Shown here in pieces: positions 8,101-16,716 of a stretch of DNA of 33,138 bases. The translations under genes were made by a program, and so were the position numbers. Every line of letters begins with the position of its first letter. The stretch's first letter is position 1. The notes under the pieces are model-generated. The model was not told the DNA's origin. It worked only from the letters and a program-made list of their open reading frames with translations, and did no database searches. Source of the stretch: a virus (taxonomy: Duplodnaviria; Caudoviricetes); the IMG/VR virus record IMGVR_UViG_3300047564_002129, positions 1 through 33,138 of that record; one strand, given 5' to 3'.

Positions 8101-10488
8101 GTTTACCACACTGGTTACGGCTGCAGAACTTCCTACATTACCTTCATTCTGACTTGTGGTATCTTGTGTTTCAGTGTTACCTGAGGTTGGAGTTACTGCT
8201 GTGTTTGTAACAATTTCATCTGTGATAGATCTTAAATGAGTTAACGTAGCGATAGATTTTGCTTTATCGTTGGTTGGAACTAATTTTCCAGCTGGGCTGA
8301 CTCTCGATGAGCGCAATTCATCGCCTACTATTGCTGTATTAGCTGGTACTATAATAGGAAGAACTTCATAGTATTGACCTGTTTTTACTTGTATAGTAAA
8401 GTTAGGAACATCTACAGCTGGTAAATCGTCAAGATCGCCTGCTGTTAATGCATCTGTTATGATACCCGCCAATGATTGACAAATAGCCAATGCACCAACT
8501 TCTGCTGTATAAGTTGCATCAATTATTTGTAATGTTCTATCTCCTGCAGAAATGCCATTTAGTGCTTGGTAATTTTGTGCAGGTGCTGTGTTACTAAGTA
8601 CATTCCCCATTAGTGTTAGGGAATAATTAATAGCAGCAACTAATTGTTCTTCTTCGTCGCTGATAAATGTTTCTAACACACCTAAATCTGTAAAATACGA
8701 TTCTACAGCTTCAATAGTTTTTACATTTCCTGTATGGGTTAAATCATAAACAATTGCATCTACAATTAATCCAGTATCCCTTTCACACAATGCTTGACTA
8801 TCGTTGACAAATCCTGCCCAAATTCCTGTGCCTGCTGTAATTTGCGCGATGACCCATTCGGTAACTTCTCTTTGAATAAATGCTCTATTCATTTTTAACA
8901 AATATGCAGCATTAGGATTTTCTGTACCTTTTTCGATTTGTTCAGCAGCATATCTTATGCTTGCCCAAGGTTTATCAATAGTTGAGCCGTAAGTTGGTGC
9001 TGGAGAGTTTACACCGTGAGGTGCAACATACCATACATTTTCTACCTTACCAAAATATTTCCATGTTGGTAAGCCAGTGTCAACGGTTAATACTTGACCT
9101 TCGTCACCAATAGGCAGTCTTGTTGGGCCGCCTCCCGAATAATAAACTAAATCTCCAGTTGTAGTTAATACTGACTCTTCATTACCGGCTGTTAACAAAT
9201 TCCAATATACACCAGTATTGTCGTTGTCCGGGCGGTCCGCTCCTGTAGTTGAAGTGTGTGCTAATACACAAATATAACTATTTGGGCCATATTTAACTGC
9301 GTCGCCTAACACATATGACGTTGCACTGGTCCAATCGCCTTGCCAGTCGATACCTTCGTTTAACTTACTCCAATATGTTACATTAGGAGGAGTTTGATTT
9401 GTATTGTCTGCAATTGCAACATAGGTAAATCCACGTAGTCTTACAATTTCGCCAACTTTATATGCTGTTGCACCGCTCCAATCGCCCTGTAGTCTAAAAC
9501 CATTAGAGAACAAATCCCAATCTGTGGTGTTAGTTGATGGTTCAAAACTACCAGCTGAAATGTGAGATGTTTTTGCTATGTAACTATTTCCACCATAACG
9601 TACTATATCGCCTGGTTGGTAAGTAGTTCCTGATGTCCAGTCGCCTTCGAATTCAATACCCTCTACAAACTGATTCCAGTTTGCAACATCACTAACGAAG
9701 CTGCCAGAAGCAGTATGATTAGTAATACAGATAAATGTTCCCCCACCATACTTAACAACGTCATTTACCTTGTATCGAGTTGCGGTGACCCAGGTTCCTG
9801 TGTATTCAATTCCTTGATTAAAGTAATCCCATTTGCTTTGATCAAGTTCAAGTCCAGATGATGCAGTAGCAGCAGAAGTGTGGCCGGTATTACACACATA
9901 GGTAGTTCCGCCGTATTTTACCAAATCACCAATTTTATATCTTGTGGTAGTGCTCCAAGCACCTTTCCAGTCAACACCTTTAGAAAATATATCCCATTTG
10001 CCTTGATCTTGTTCTAGTCCCAAAGCATTTGTTGCTGCTGCTGTGTGAGCAGTATTACATAGATATGTTATGCCACCATACTTTACCAAGTCGTTAACTT
10101 TGTATGTAGTAGCTGCTACCCAAGCGCCTTTCCAATCAAACGATTCGGCAAATAGGTCCCAATCAGATTGATTTGCTTCTAATGTTGTAGAGCTAGTGTG
10201 GCCATCGTTACATATGTAAACATATCCGCCATATTTTACAATATCGTTTTCTTTATATAGAGTAGTTTGAGACCATTCACCTTTCCAGTCTTGGCCGTCA
10301 CTAAACTGATTCCATTTGGTTGGAACGTTACCTAAGTCGGTATAAAAATCTGCTGCGGCTGTGTGACCAGCTACGCAAAGATATGTTCTACCCCCGTATG
10401 CGACGATATCGTCTTTGTAGTATGTTGTACCGGTTGTCCAGTCGTTTTTCCATACAAATTTAATTCTACCTAGTTTAAATTCAGCCAT
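2119..10488 (-). CDS. Giant multidomain tail fibre/virion structural protein (2789 aa)
   Basis: Contains 8 N-terminal W..W...Y..xD.V.YGG..Y.C...H repeats (CBM5/12-like), a pectin-lyase-like region, four C-x-[RN]-D helical repeats and many S-x-D/N-G-x-T-W Asp-box repeats. C-terminus is shared with the 1816-aa paralog. GGAG SD and TAAATA box upstream. Confidence 0.85.
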   Translation of the reverse strand: MAEFKLGRIKFVWKNDWTTGTTYYKDDIVAYGGRTYLCVAGHTAAADFYTDLGNVPTKWNQFSDGQDWKGEWSQTTLYKENDIVKYGGYVYICNDGHTSSTTLEANQSDWDLFAESFDWKGAWVAATTYKVNDLVKYGGITYLCNTAHTAAATNALGLEQDQGKWDIFSKGVDWKGAWSTTTRYKIGDLVKYGGTTYVCNTGHTSAATASSGLELDQSKWDYFNQGIEYTGTWVTATRYKVNDVVKYGGGTFICITNHTASGSFVSDVANWNQFVEGIEFEGDWTSGTTYQPGDIVRYGGNSYIAKTSHISAGSFEPSTNTTDWDLFSNGFRLQGDWSGATAYKVGEIVRLRGFTYVAIADNTNQTPPNVTYWSKLNEGIDWQGDWTSATSYVLGDAVKYGPNSYICVLAHTSTTGADRPDNDNTGVYWNLLTAGNEESVLTTTGDLVYYSGGGPTRLPIGDEGQVLTVDTGLPTWKYFGKVENVWYVAPHGVNSPAPTYGSTIDKPWASIRYAAEQIEKGTENPNAAYLLKMNRAFIQREVTEWVIAQITAGTGIWAGFVNDSQALCERDTGLIVDAIVYDLTHTGNVKTIEAVESYFTDLGVLETFISDEEEQLVAAINYSLTLMGNVLSNTAPAQNYQALNGISAGDRTLQIIDATYTAEVGALAICQSLAGIITDALTAGDLDDLPAVDVPNFTIQVKTGQYYEVLPIIVPANTAIVGDELRSSRVSPAGKLVPTNDKAKSIATLTHLRSITDEIVTNTAVTPTSGNTETQDTTSQNEGNVGSSAAVTSVVNNVTEIKDILTNGLGAVDAFVIPSPTNWGSTLTQVEYASSGNPTGATSTYDNARAQILANTNFIKAEITAWIAVQVAGSIAPFSGSFTYDAAACARDVGYILDAMRYDLTYGGNYQTMIAAKAYYSFGAATFGDGEKEETLAAYAHLKSIVGDVITETSITPSSGNAETQDVSGTAGNAFAAAFGEERIQNIIDVITVDGDTTDVGYPVTINPDESWVSASLLKAKTALVTFRTTIQSDSLAFIKREYPTLEFNESTCSRDVGLIVDALGFDLMFGSNFNSIKAGMSYRRGITSTGVVIANQLAATQDILDFISAKCSKVVATGASVLAQQIWDNIISYANTGTEPIIVGTNSPTTDIDVINGASILLLNKEFLVAESNAYIDTTFITTATATTGAGTDTITVGDTSWMVAGDTIRFTGTVFGGVVLATTYYVHTVVNPTTLKISDTLGGAVKTLTTASGTMTLKWEYNSDSCENDVRNYIEAIAYDMVYTGNYKSVYAAKYYRNAFTGSKLENMYLVRNGCGVRNQTVTGLDGSSDGDQTGVQSALLPANEYGTQRPRAGAYVSLDPGWGPNDNRTWVTSRSTYVQNVTTFGTGATGQKIDGSLHAGGNDSIVSNDFTQVISDGIGAWITNLGRAELVSVFSYYAHIGYLAENGGKIRATNGNTSYGTFGCVAEGVDITEVPIEGEINNRGEEADVRSVITDGDDVLIYEFGNAGSEYSQATITTSGSGSGLSTLANEFRDGAVFNIRLTDPGDSSGTGGEGYLTAANLAQAGNTTQITLAAADIAGSGAYAGMSIYIISGTGAGQYGYINTYNAGSKIATVYKESTGTAGWDHVVPGTPIEAALDVTTSYEITPRIVLTAPPFTKTLASMPSSANWSDVVFGDGYAAYTALSASGGSGSLATFNVTRRQGVYSVEVLAGGALYAVGNTLTIAGTSLGGTSPANDLTITVDTATNPSGAITSVTASGTAVTAKYVALVNGSATGAYSLDGVTWSATTLPTATGPGASNQWTAIAYGVVSNVSYYVAIARESSVSAYSLDGINWTIASLNEVADWCDVAYGNGSFVAIAESDSSLAFRSVSTNGGATWSTNSVASGAKAITYGFSRFVLVEGNFSNSVAYSTSGATWTVTTLPSNDDSTESNWVDIAYGNGRYVAISDSSAMAAYSFDGATWYKSNLPGLYEWTSIGYGQGVFYVTSNGDYAASSPDGVTWTLRDGSHVSFNVTSTAQNTNPANYTARTLPASGYWTDVTWSGTRFVAVGYDSVGSTALTAYSTNGETWVAGTLPLSGTNWEYTTIAYNGTNQYVALIGGNGGTNDTATSADGITWSSVANAMTTNSFWKDMTYGAGRYVAIKGDSAAINYSTNGTTWTNAAISGGSSENSAIAYGNIGGTDYFVIVSGYATGSQTASYSTNAGSTWTSGTTLPSSDLWSDVAFGNGRFVAIAGGTAGTSTAAAYSTNGTTWTAATLPGAAANWNKVVYGGGAFTAFAYNSNRTAYSTDGTTWVEGSTLSSTANWAAAAYGNDRNAVLATGGTTSAASLNFVLNSNLLTCASTAGLNVNDRIRFSGTRFGGLLDNAYYYVTSVPNSTQFTVSSTKGGSNFVLSSGSGSMTSLASKSYVASALGNYQGNPRWVVLGADSLGVLNIRQGATARARAYVLDERLYEIWIHEPGSGYVTAPSATITDPNNIGSDATLQIRIGTGAIAQPTFINRGTGFSAASAEVSGNGYADNYQVSSFVGFKNLTDVPKAGSNVQIAGIDDVWYRLVNVTSLVTNPDGTYNATLQLSPAIGAAEAPEHETATVIRRRYSQVRLTGHDLLDVGTGNFTNTNYPGLPFSDPIPANEYKQSLGGRVFYTSTDQDGNFRVGGLFNVEQSTGVATLNADAFNIAGLNELSLGSVALGGSGATITEFSTDPFFTQDSDSIIPTQRAIRAYITSQIGGGGSSLNVNTLTAGVIYIAGQTIATTTNVQININTKVNFKGGIGGDALVLNYFLLNN
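2513..2553. repeat. 41-bp near-identical repeat (40/41) with 10943..10983
   Basis: ccaactctaaagttacc[g/a]tcttggtcagttgatgtatagaa, encoding FYTSTDQDGNFRVG in both giant paralogs. Confidence 0.85.
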
Positions 10489-10517
10489 TTATAGCTCCAT
10501 ATTCTTGCATTAAATCA

Positions 10518-10525
10518 TATTTATT
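10518..10525 (-). promoter_or_regulatory. T4-late-type promoter (AATAAATA)
   Basis: Intergenic, about 30 nt upstream of the 2789-aa gene; matches the TAAATA core of TATAAATA. Confidence 0.6.
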
Positions 10526-10542
10526 CCAAATCTTAGTTAGCA

Positions 10543-13500
10543 TTAAAAGCTCCCGGCGGAAGTAAAATAACTTAATGCCAACCACGATCCGTCTATTCCA
10601 CCTTTAAAATTAACTTTTGCATCAAAAATTAATTCATCCCCTGTTGCAGTGGTTATCGTATCAGGCCCTACTCTAACAATACCAGCAGTAATTTGTCCGG
10701 TGATAGCATCTGCGCCGCCACCCGATACCCTAGAATTAAGATATGCTTTAATTGCTCGCTGTGTTGGAATAACATTATTAGAATCAGCAGTGAACGTTGA
10801 ATCTGTAGAGAACTCTCTAATAACAACTCCCGAGCCGCCAACGGTAACTCCGCCCAGTACCAACTCTTCTAGTCCAGTAAGTTCAAAAAATTGAGCATTT
10901 AATGTAACCGTACCAGTTGCCTGTTCAACCGCAAATAATTCTCCAACTCTAAAGTTACCATCTTGGTCAGTTGATGTATAGAACACTCGACCACCGCCAT
11001 TTTCCTTAACTTCATCTTCAGGTGCTAGTACCGTGCCTTCAGGATTTAGAGTATCGGGATAATTAGTTTGTTCAAAATTTCCAAGTCCTATATCTAAGAA
11101 ATCGTGTCCTGTTAAACGAACTTGACTATACAATTGACGAATTTCAACACTGGTATCGTGTTCAGGACTTTCGTCTCTTCCAAGATCTTTTGCGATTGTC
11201 AATCTTGCTGTAATATTCGGTGCTGAACCAGATAATACTACGGCTGTTAACAACTTGTAAGTATAATCGTTAATTCCGGATATGTTTACGTTGTCGCCAG
11301 GTCCAGGAATTCTAGTCATATTGCTAACTACGAGTTCAGTTCCTAACGCATACTGATCTTTATAACCATTACCTGTTATTGCAATTCTTGTACTGGTAGT
11401 TTCGTAACTTGTTCCTGCATTTTCAATAGTAGGGCCAGCGATAACACCGTTACCAATTCTAATAATGGTAAACACTTCGGAACTATTGTTAGGATCAGTA
11501 ATAGTCATAACTGGTGCGCTGGTATAACCGCTGCCTGGTTCCCAAATATTGATCGACGACATTCTTCCAGCAACAACTACTGCTCTTGCCTCAGCTTTTC
11601 TTCCTGTGCTTATCGTTAAGGAAGATGTGCTATTAGTTGTTAAACCGCCAAGTACAAAAAACTTTCCGGGTTTTGTAATTGTTGAAAATGCTATAGAGCA
11701 CCACGGTCCTGAGCTTCCGATATCTTCGTAGTCCCAAACTTTTCCATCTACAGATGTTGCAACTAAATTTGAACCAGTAGCAACGGCTACGAAAAGACCT
11801 TGAGCATACTTGATATCTCGCCAATCAGCACTTGCCAATGCAGTTTCTGTCCATGTTATGCCGTCAAAGCTAGTGGCAACTTCGGTAGCACCTGCATATC
11901 CTCCAGATAATGCTACAAACAAATTATTACCGTAGGCTAAAGAATAGCTACCCATGGTTAATGTACCTGTTGTCCAAGTTATTCCGTCTGTGCTATATGC
12001 CGTAGCTGCTCCAGTAATTGAAGAATCGCTTAACGCAGTAGTTACAAATTTTCCTTTTCCGTATTCAATAGCATTCCAGTCTGCACCCTCGGGTAAAGTT
12101 GCTGCAATCCATGTTGAACCGTCTGCACTATATGCAGCTTTTGTTCCACCGGCAGCTACAGCTACCCACTTGTTATTTCCGTAAGTAACGTCTCTCCACT
12201 CAGCAGTACTGCTCATAGTCATAGGAGACCAAGTTACTCCGTCTGTTGATTTTGCTGCTTGACCGCCTGTAGCGAATGCCATAAAAACACCGCCTACATA
12301 TTTTACTTTAGTCCACAATGCTGTATTAGGCAATGTTCCGTTAGACCAAGAAGATCCGTCAACACTATAAGCTGCAACATTGCTATCTAACGCTACTGCT
12401 ACATATCTTTGCGGACTAGAAGCAACACTAGTCCATTGTCTAGATGTTGGCATAGTCACGCTTTGAGTCGTAAAGCCAGGAGTACTAAAAGTAATTCTAG
12501 GCTCAATAAAATAATTGCTGGTGCTGTCTAATAAAGACTCAATGGCTGTTCCTTCAACTAAATGGCTCCATCCTAAACAATGTAATGACATTGTTCCACT
12601 TCCATTAATTAAATTAAATGCTGCACCGCCCAACGTGTCACTAATTGTAATAGTTGTATTGTCTTCAATAGTTTTTACATAGTAAACAGAGTTATCCTGA
12701 ATATTTCCAAACTTAGTTCCAACAAAAATTATAGGATCATCAACTGATAAATGAGCTGCTGAACTAATTGTTATTTCATTTCCGCTTGAACTTGTGGCTG
12801 TTGCTGTTACTACAGCTTGGTATTCTAATCCAATATAGGCGTACTTTCCTGTGGAATCATATTCTGCAATGTATCCGTATTGACCTGTGCCTGTACCTCG
12901 ACCAATTACTAATCTCATTCCACGATAATTAGATGCTAAATTTTCATCCGAACCTGCTAGTTGTATTCTAAGATTATTGCCGCCTTGGGATGCGTTTGTA
13001 GCAAATGCATACCCGCTACCGCCTGCTGCTGAGCTATCACCCGGATCTGCGATTCTTACTTCATAAACCCCACCATCTCTAAATTCGTTCATGGTAAAGG
13101 ATGCATTTTGACCCGAGCCAGTTATTGCAAAATTGCCTGAGGAATACTCAACACCTGCATTAGAGAAAAATACCTTTAGAAGATTTCCTTGGGGTCCTGC
13201 CAATGTTTGATATACATCTGCATCATAATATCTGTTATTAACTCTTGCTGTGATTGGATCTTCAGCAATATTAAAGCCTTCGGATACTGCGCCAAACGTT
13301 CCGTAAGAGCAGTTACCGTTTGTTCCTCGTATCTTGCCGCCATTGGTGCTTAGATAACCAATATGGTTATAGTAGGTAAACACCGAAACAACTTCCGATC
13401 TTCCTGTTCCGTTCGCCCATACCCCAATACCGTCTGATAAAATTTGTGTGAAATCGTTGGCAACAATGGTTTGATTACCGCCTGCATGTAAGTTTCCGTC

Positions 13501-15993
13501 AATCTTCAAACCCACACATCCTGTACCAAAGGTTGTAACGTTTTGAACATACGGTGATTTACTACCAACCCAAGCTGCGGTATCTCCTACACCCCAACCT
13601 GGATCTAAACTAGCATAAGCACCGGCTGTAGGTCTACGAGTTGTGTAGATATTTGGAGAACTTAATGTTCCTTCTAATCCAGACAATGTCATGTTTCGTA
13701 GACCAGTTCCGTCCCTTAACAAAAACATATTTTGAATTTTATTTTGATCGTAGTTGCTAGCATTAATAAAATAATTAGCAGCTTCAATAATTTGATAATT
13801 TCCGGTATATCCCATGTCATATAATAATCCAGTGATTATTTTAGAAATATCATAGTCCCATCGTGTGGGAAGCTGATATGAAGGATATTCGTCTTGTATG
13901 TATAACGCTATTTCATTCTTTAAAAATGCTAAATTGTTTACTATTTGTAATCTAGCATTTAATATGTTAGCGTTAGATGTTAACGTGTTTGAACCTGTTA
14001 CTGAAACAGGATTTTGATTTTCTAATCTTTCAACAAATTGTGAAAGTAAACTATTTGTAATCAACGTTTCGGATACGGTAGCTGCTGTTCCTGAGAAATT
14101 TTGAGGCACATCGCCGTAAAGGACCGAGTCAGGTGCTAGAGTTTCATCTCCTACCGGAAGTTCTTGTATTACAAATTTAACAATAAATTCTAGATAAGTA
14201 GCTGCTGCTGAAATCTTTTCAATATAAGACTGCTCTAAAAGATTGTTTGCAGGTCTAACGGTTACGCTTCTAACTTCATCGCCTATAATAGCCACAAATG
14301 CTGGTACACGTATTGGCAATATTTCATCATAGTCGCCGGTCTTAACAAAAATACTAGCATATCCTGTTACGTTTTCGGTTGCGTATCTAATTGTTCTCCA
14401 CGGACTCTGAGGGCTAGTACCAGCTGTAGGCACATCTTCGCCAAATTCTGCAACAAAGTATGCTTTGTTTGAATCCCTAGTGTATTCCCAAGATATCTCG
14501 CCGTCTTTTGTTGTTAAGGTACGGCCTTGCTCTCCAACGGCTAGTGCCTTGTATCCAATTGTGCTGCCATCTTCTGTAGGGCCAAATGTTCTAATGTCGC
14601 CAACTAATTTTAATCTATTAATCCTATTACCGTCAGTAATTTTTGCCCAATATCTTCCTTCTAGTGTACTACCTACTTCACCGTCATCGTCTGGTCGATT
14701 TTGTTGGTCGCTAACGTGTTTGTCTAAACATCTGTAAGAACTAGAGACCCATACTACGGTATCTCCAGCCCAATATGTTTCTCCTTGATCCCAAACACCT
14801 CTCCATCTTATACCATCAATTAATAAATCCCAATATTCTGAATTAGTAGTGCTTCCATCATTTAAGAAATCAGGATCTTGATTAGTACTATCTTGTAATG
14901 CAGAATATAGATTTCCTCCGCGACGTACAACATCACCTAATCGATATGATGTCAAAGAATTCCATGCACCTCTAATTTTTGAACCTTGGAATAATAATTC
15001 CCAAGTTAATGAATTAGGGTCACTTGGGATTGCACCTTGGTGTTGAGTAAGACTATAATAAATGTTTCCACCAAAGCGTACAATATCTCCAGATTGATAT
15101 AATGTTGTAGTTGACCATTCGACATCAAATTCTTGTCCTGGGCAAAAGACATCAAAATAGCTTATGTCTAGTGTGGAACCAGATAAGTGGAAAGTATTAG
15201 CCTTATATAGATATGATCCATATTTTACAACATCGCCAATCTTATACGTTGTAGTTGGTGTCCACGTACCTTTATTCTCGATTCCTTCAAAGACCGTAGA
15301 CCATTTTGCTTGATCAGCCGGCAATCCGCTGTTGTCACTATTTGATGATACGTGAGGAATTTCACATTTATAAATGTTACCACCAAATTTTACTAGATCG
15401 TTGGATTTGTATCTATGACTTACTTGCCAATCACCTTTCCAATCATCGGAAATACTGACAACATTCCAAAATGCACTAGCTGCTTCTAAACCCTCTTCCT
15501 CACCGCCTGCTGATTGATGAGATGTATTGCATCTGTAAACTTTTCCGCCGTATCTAACTAAATCATTAACTTTATAATAGGTATTAGGTGTCCAGTTAAT
15601 TTTCCAGTCTTGTGAATTTAATTGTACGGTCCAATTAGCTATTTGAGTTGGAAAATCTACTTCATGAGAAGCAGCAACGTGTGCAGTAACGCATAGGTAG
15701 GTTGTGCCTCCTAATTTAATAATATCCCCAACTTTGTAATACGTATCTGGAGTCCAGGCGCCTAACCAACTAACACCGTCTGCTACCAATTCCCATTTAG
15801 GAACTAGCAACGGTGGAGTATCGTTATTAAAATACTCTAAGTCAGCATAAAAATTTTGATTTGCAATATGAGATTCAACACTAGCATATACTTTCCCGCC
15901 GTAACTGACTACGTCGTCGGGATTGTATCTGCTAAAAGGAGACCATTCTCCTTGCCATGTGTATTTGAATCTACTAAGTTTAAATTCTGCCAT
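10543..15993 (-). CDS. Giant multidomain tail fibre/virion structural protein (1816 aa), paralog of 2119..10488
   Basis: Same MAEFKL start, 8 N-terminal repeats, shared SLDPGWG..YVQNVTTFGTG..KIDG.LHAGGN block, Asp-box repeats and YSQVRLTGHD...GGRVFYTSTDQDGNFRVG C-terminus. Confidence 0.85.
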   Translation of the reverse strand: MAEFKLSRFKYTWQGEWSPFSRYNPDDVVSYGGKVYASVESHIANQNFYADLEYFNNDTPPLLVPKWELVADGVSWLGAWTPDTYYKVGDIIKLGGTTYLCVTAHVAASHEVDFPTQIANWTVQLNSQDWKINWTPNTYYKVNDLVRYGGKVYRCNTSHQSAGGEEEGLEAASAFWNVVSISDDWKGDWQVSHRYKSNDLVKFGGNIYKCEIPHVSSNSDNSGLPADQAKWSTVFEGIENKGTWTPTTTYKIGDVVKYGSYLYKANTFHLSGSTLDISYFDVFCPGQEFDVEWSTTTLYQSGDIVRFGGNIYYSLTQHQGAIPSDPNSLTWELLFQGSKIRGAWNSLTSYRLGDVVRRGGNLYSALQDSTNQDPDFLNDGSTTNSEYWDLLIDGIRWRGVWDQGETYWAGDTVVWVSSSYRCLDKHVSDQQNRPDDDGEVGSTLEGRYWAKITDGNRINRLKLVGDIRTFGPTEDGSTIGYKALAVGEQGRTLTTKDGEISWEYTRDSNKAYFVAEFGEDVPTAGTSPQSPWRTIRYATENVTGYASIFVKTGDYDEILPIRVPAFVAIIGDEVRSVTVRPANNLLEQSYIEKISAAATYLEFIVKFVIQELPVGDETLAPDSVLYGDVPQNFSGTAATVSETLITNSLLSQFVERLENQNPVSVTGSNTLTSNANILNARLQIVNNLAFLKNEIALYIQDEYPSYQLPTRWDYDISKIITGLLYDMGYTGNYQIIEAANYFINASNYDQNKIQNMFLLRDGTGLRNMTLSGLEGTLSSPNIYTTRRPTAGAYASLDPGWGVGDTAAWVGSKSPYVQNVTTFGTGCVGLKIDGNLHAGGNQTIVANDFTQILSDGIGVWANGTGRSEVVSVFTYYNHIGYLSTNGGKIRGTNGNCSYGTFGAVSEGFNIAEDPITARVNNRYYDADVYQTLAGPQGNLLKVFFSNAGVEYSSGNFAITGSGQNASFTMNEFRDGGVYEVRIADPGDSSAAGGSGYAFATNASQGGNNLRIQLAGSDENLASNYRGMRLVIGRGTGTGQYGYIAEYDSTGKYAYIGLEYQAVVTATATSSSGNEITISSAAHLSVDDPIIFVGTKFGNIQDNSVYYVKTIEDNTTITISDTLGGAAFNLINGSGTMSLHCLGWSHLVEGTAIESLLDSTSNYFIEPRITFSTPGFTTQSVTMPTSRQWTSVASSPQRYVAVALDSNVAAYSVDGSSWSNGTLPNTALWTKVKYVGGVFMAFATGGQAAKSTDGVTWSPMTMSSTAEWRDVTYGNNKWVAVAAGGTKAAYSADGSTWIAATLPEGADWNAIEYGKGKFVTTALSDSSITGAATAYSTDGITWTTGTLTMGSYSLAYGNNLFVALSGGYAGATEVATSFDGITWTETALASADWRDIKYAQGLFVAVATGSNLVATSVDGKVWDYEDIGSSGPWCSIAFSTITKPGKFFVLGGLTTNSTSSLTISTGRKAEARAVVVAGRMSSINIWEPGSGYTSAPVMTITDPNNSSEVFTIIRIGNGVIAGPTIENAGTSYETTSTRIAITGNGYKDQYALGTELVVSNMTRIPGPGDNVNISGINDYTYKLLTAVVLSGSAPNITARLTIAKDLGRDESPEHDTSVEIRQLYSQVRLTGHDFLDIGLGNFEQTNYPDTLNPEGTVLAPEDEVKENGGGRVFYTSTDQDGNFRVGELFAVEQATGTVTLNAQFFELTGLEELVLGGVTVGGSGVVIREFSTDSTFTADSNNVIPTQRAIKAYLNSRVSGGGADAITGQITAGIVRVGPDTITTATGDELIFDAKVNFKGGIDGSWLALSYFTSAGSF
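10943..10983. repeat. Second copy of the 41-bp repeat (see 2513..2553)
   Basis: Direct comparison shows one mismatch. Confidence 0.85.
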
Positions 15994-15998
15994 TTAAA

Positions 15999-16367
15999 TT
16001 AATCCTCTGATGCGCCGGAGTCATATTCATGTCCGTTATTGATTTTTGCAACAAGCTGGCCGTCATTGTCTATATAATAAAATATAGCTCGATCGTCCCA
16101 ACGATATTGTTGATATCTTAAATTTTCAAAAGCAGGATTGTGATTTACATCTATCCCTTCAAAAAAATCAACACCAACTTCAAAGTCCGTATAATTTCCC
16201 GACGGTTCACCAATATTATTCAATTCGATCGTTTCGTTACTTTTTAACTGATCGCTTCTTTGTAAAAACAAACTACCGTTTTCATTTTTTCTTAGGCCGT
16301 AGAAAAATCTAGGAGTATCGCCTAACCTTGTATACGGGTCGTTTCCTAAATAATAATTATTATTCAT
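15999..16367 (-). CDS. Hypothetical protein in structural operon
   Basis: 122 aa, co-oriented and tightly packed, AAGGA SD; RYQQYRWD...YYID.DGQLV motif. Confidence 0.7.
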   Translation of the reverse strand: MNNNYYLGNDPYTRLGDTPRFFYGLRKNENGSLFLQRSDQLKSNETIELNNIGEPSGNYTDFEVGVDFFEGIDVNHNPAFENLRYQQYRWDDRAIFYYIDNDGQLVAKINNGHEYDSGASED

Positions 16368-16376
16368 ATTTTATCC

Positions 16377-16709
16377 TTATGATATTTCTACATAACTAAC
16401 CACTACATCAACACTATCAGCAGTGTCACTTTTAATTCTTAATCCTGCGGTTTCAGGAAGAATTAATTTCTCACCGTTGGTAATAATTTTTACCGCAGAA
16501 TTTGGACTTATGGTTAGTCCTTTTACATATGTTGCTTGTTCGCTATCTTCACTGACTACAAAAACATCAACACTCACGGTGTCGTACTCTGTTACATTGG
16601 CTATGTTGCAACCAATAACCGTAGCTCTAAACCCCACTGGGACCTGAACAACATCAACTGGAGTTGTTCCTATATTTTTGTTAACAGCATGTTTAAATGT
16701 TGTTGGCAT
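16377..16709 (-). CDS. Small beta-rich virion protein (paralog family)
   Basis: 110 aa, MPTTFK..VVQVP...TVIGCNIAN...KLILPETAGLRIKSD..SVDVVVSYVEIS. Confidence 0.7.
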   Translation of the reverse strand: MPTTFKHAVNKNIGTTPVDVVQVPVGFRATVIGCNIANVTEYDTVSVDVFVVSEDSEQATYVKGLTISPNSAVKIITNGEKLILPETAGLRIKSDTADSVDVVVSYVEIS

Positions 16710-16716
16710 ATTTCTT

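Noticed and set aside
2119-15993. Diversity-generating retroelement or invertible segment behind the repeats
   Set aside because: No reverse transcriptase or recombinase in the window. The repeats are short, direct, in-frame conserved coding motifs with no adenine-specific mismatch pattern.
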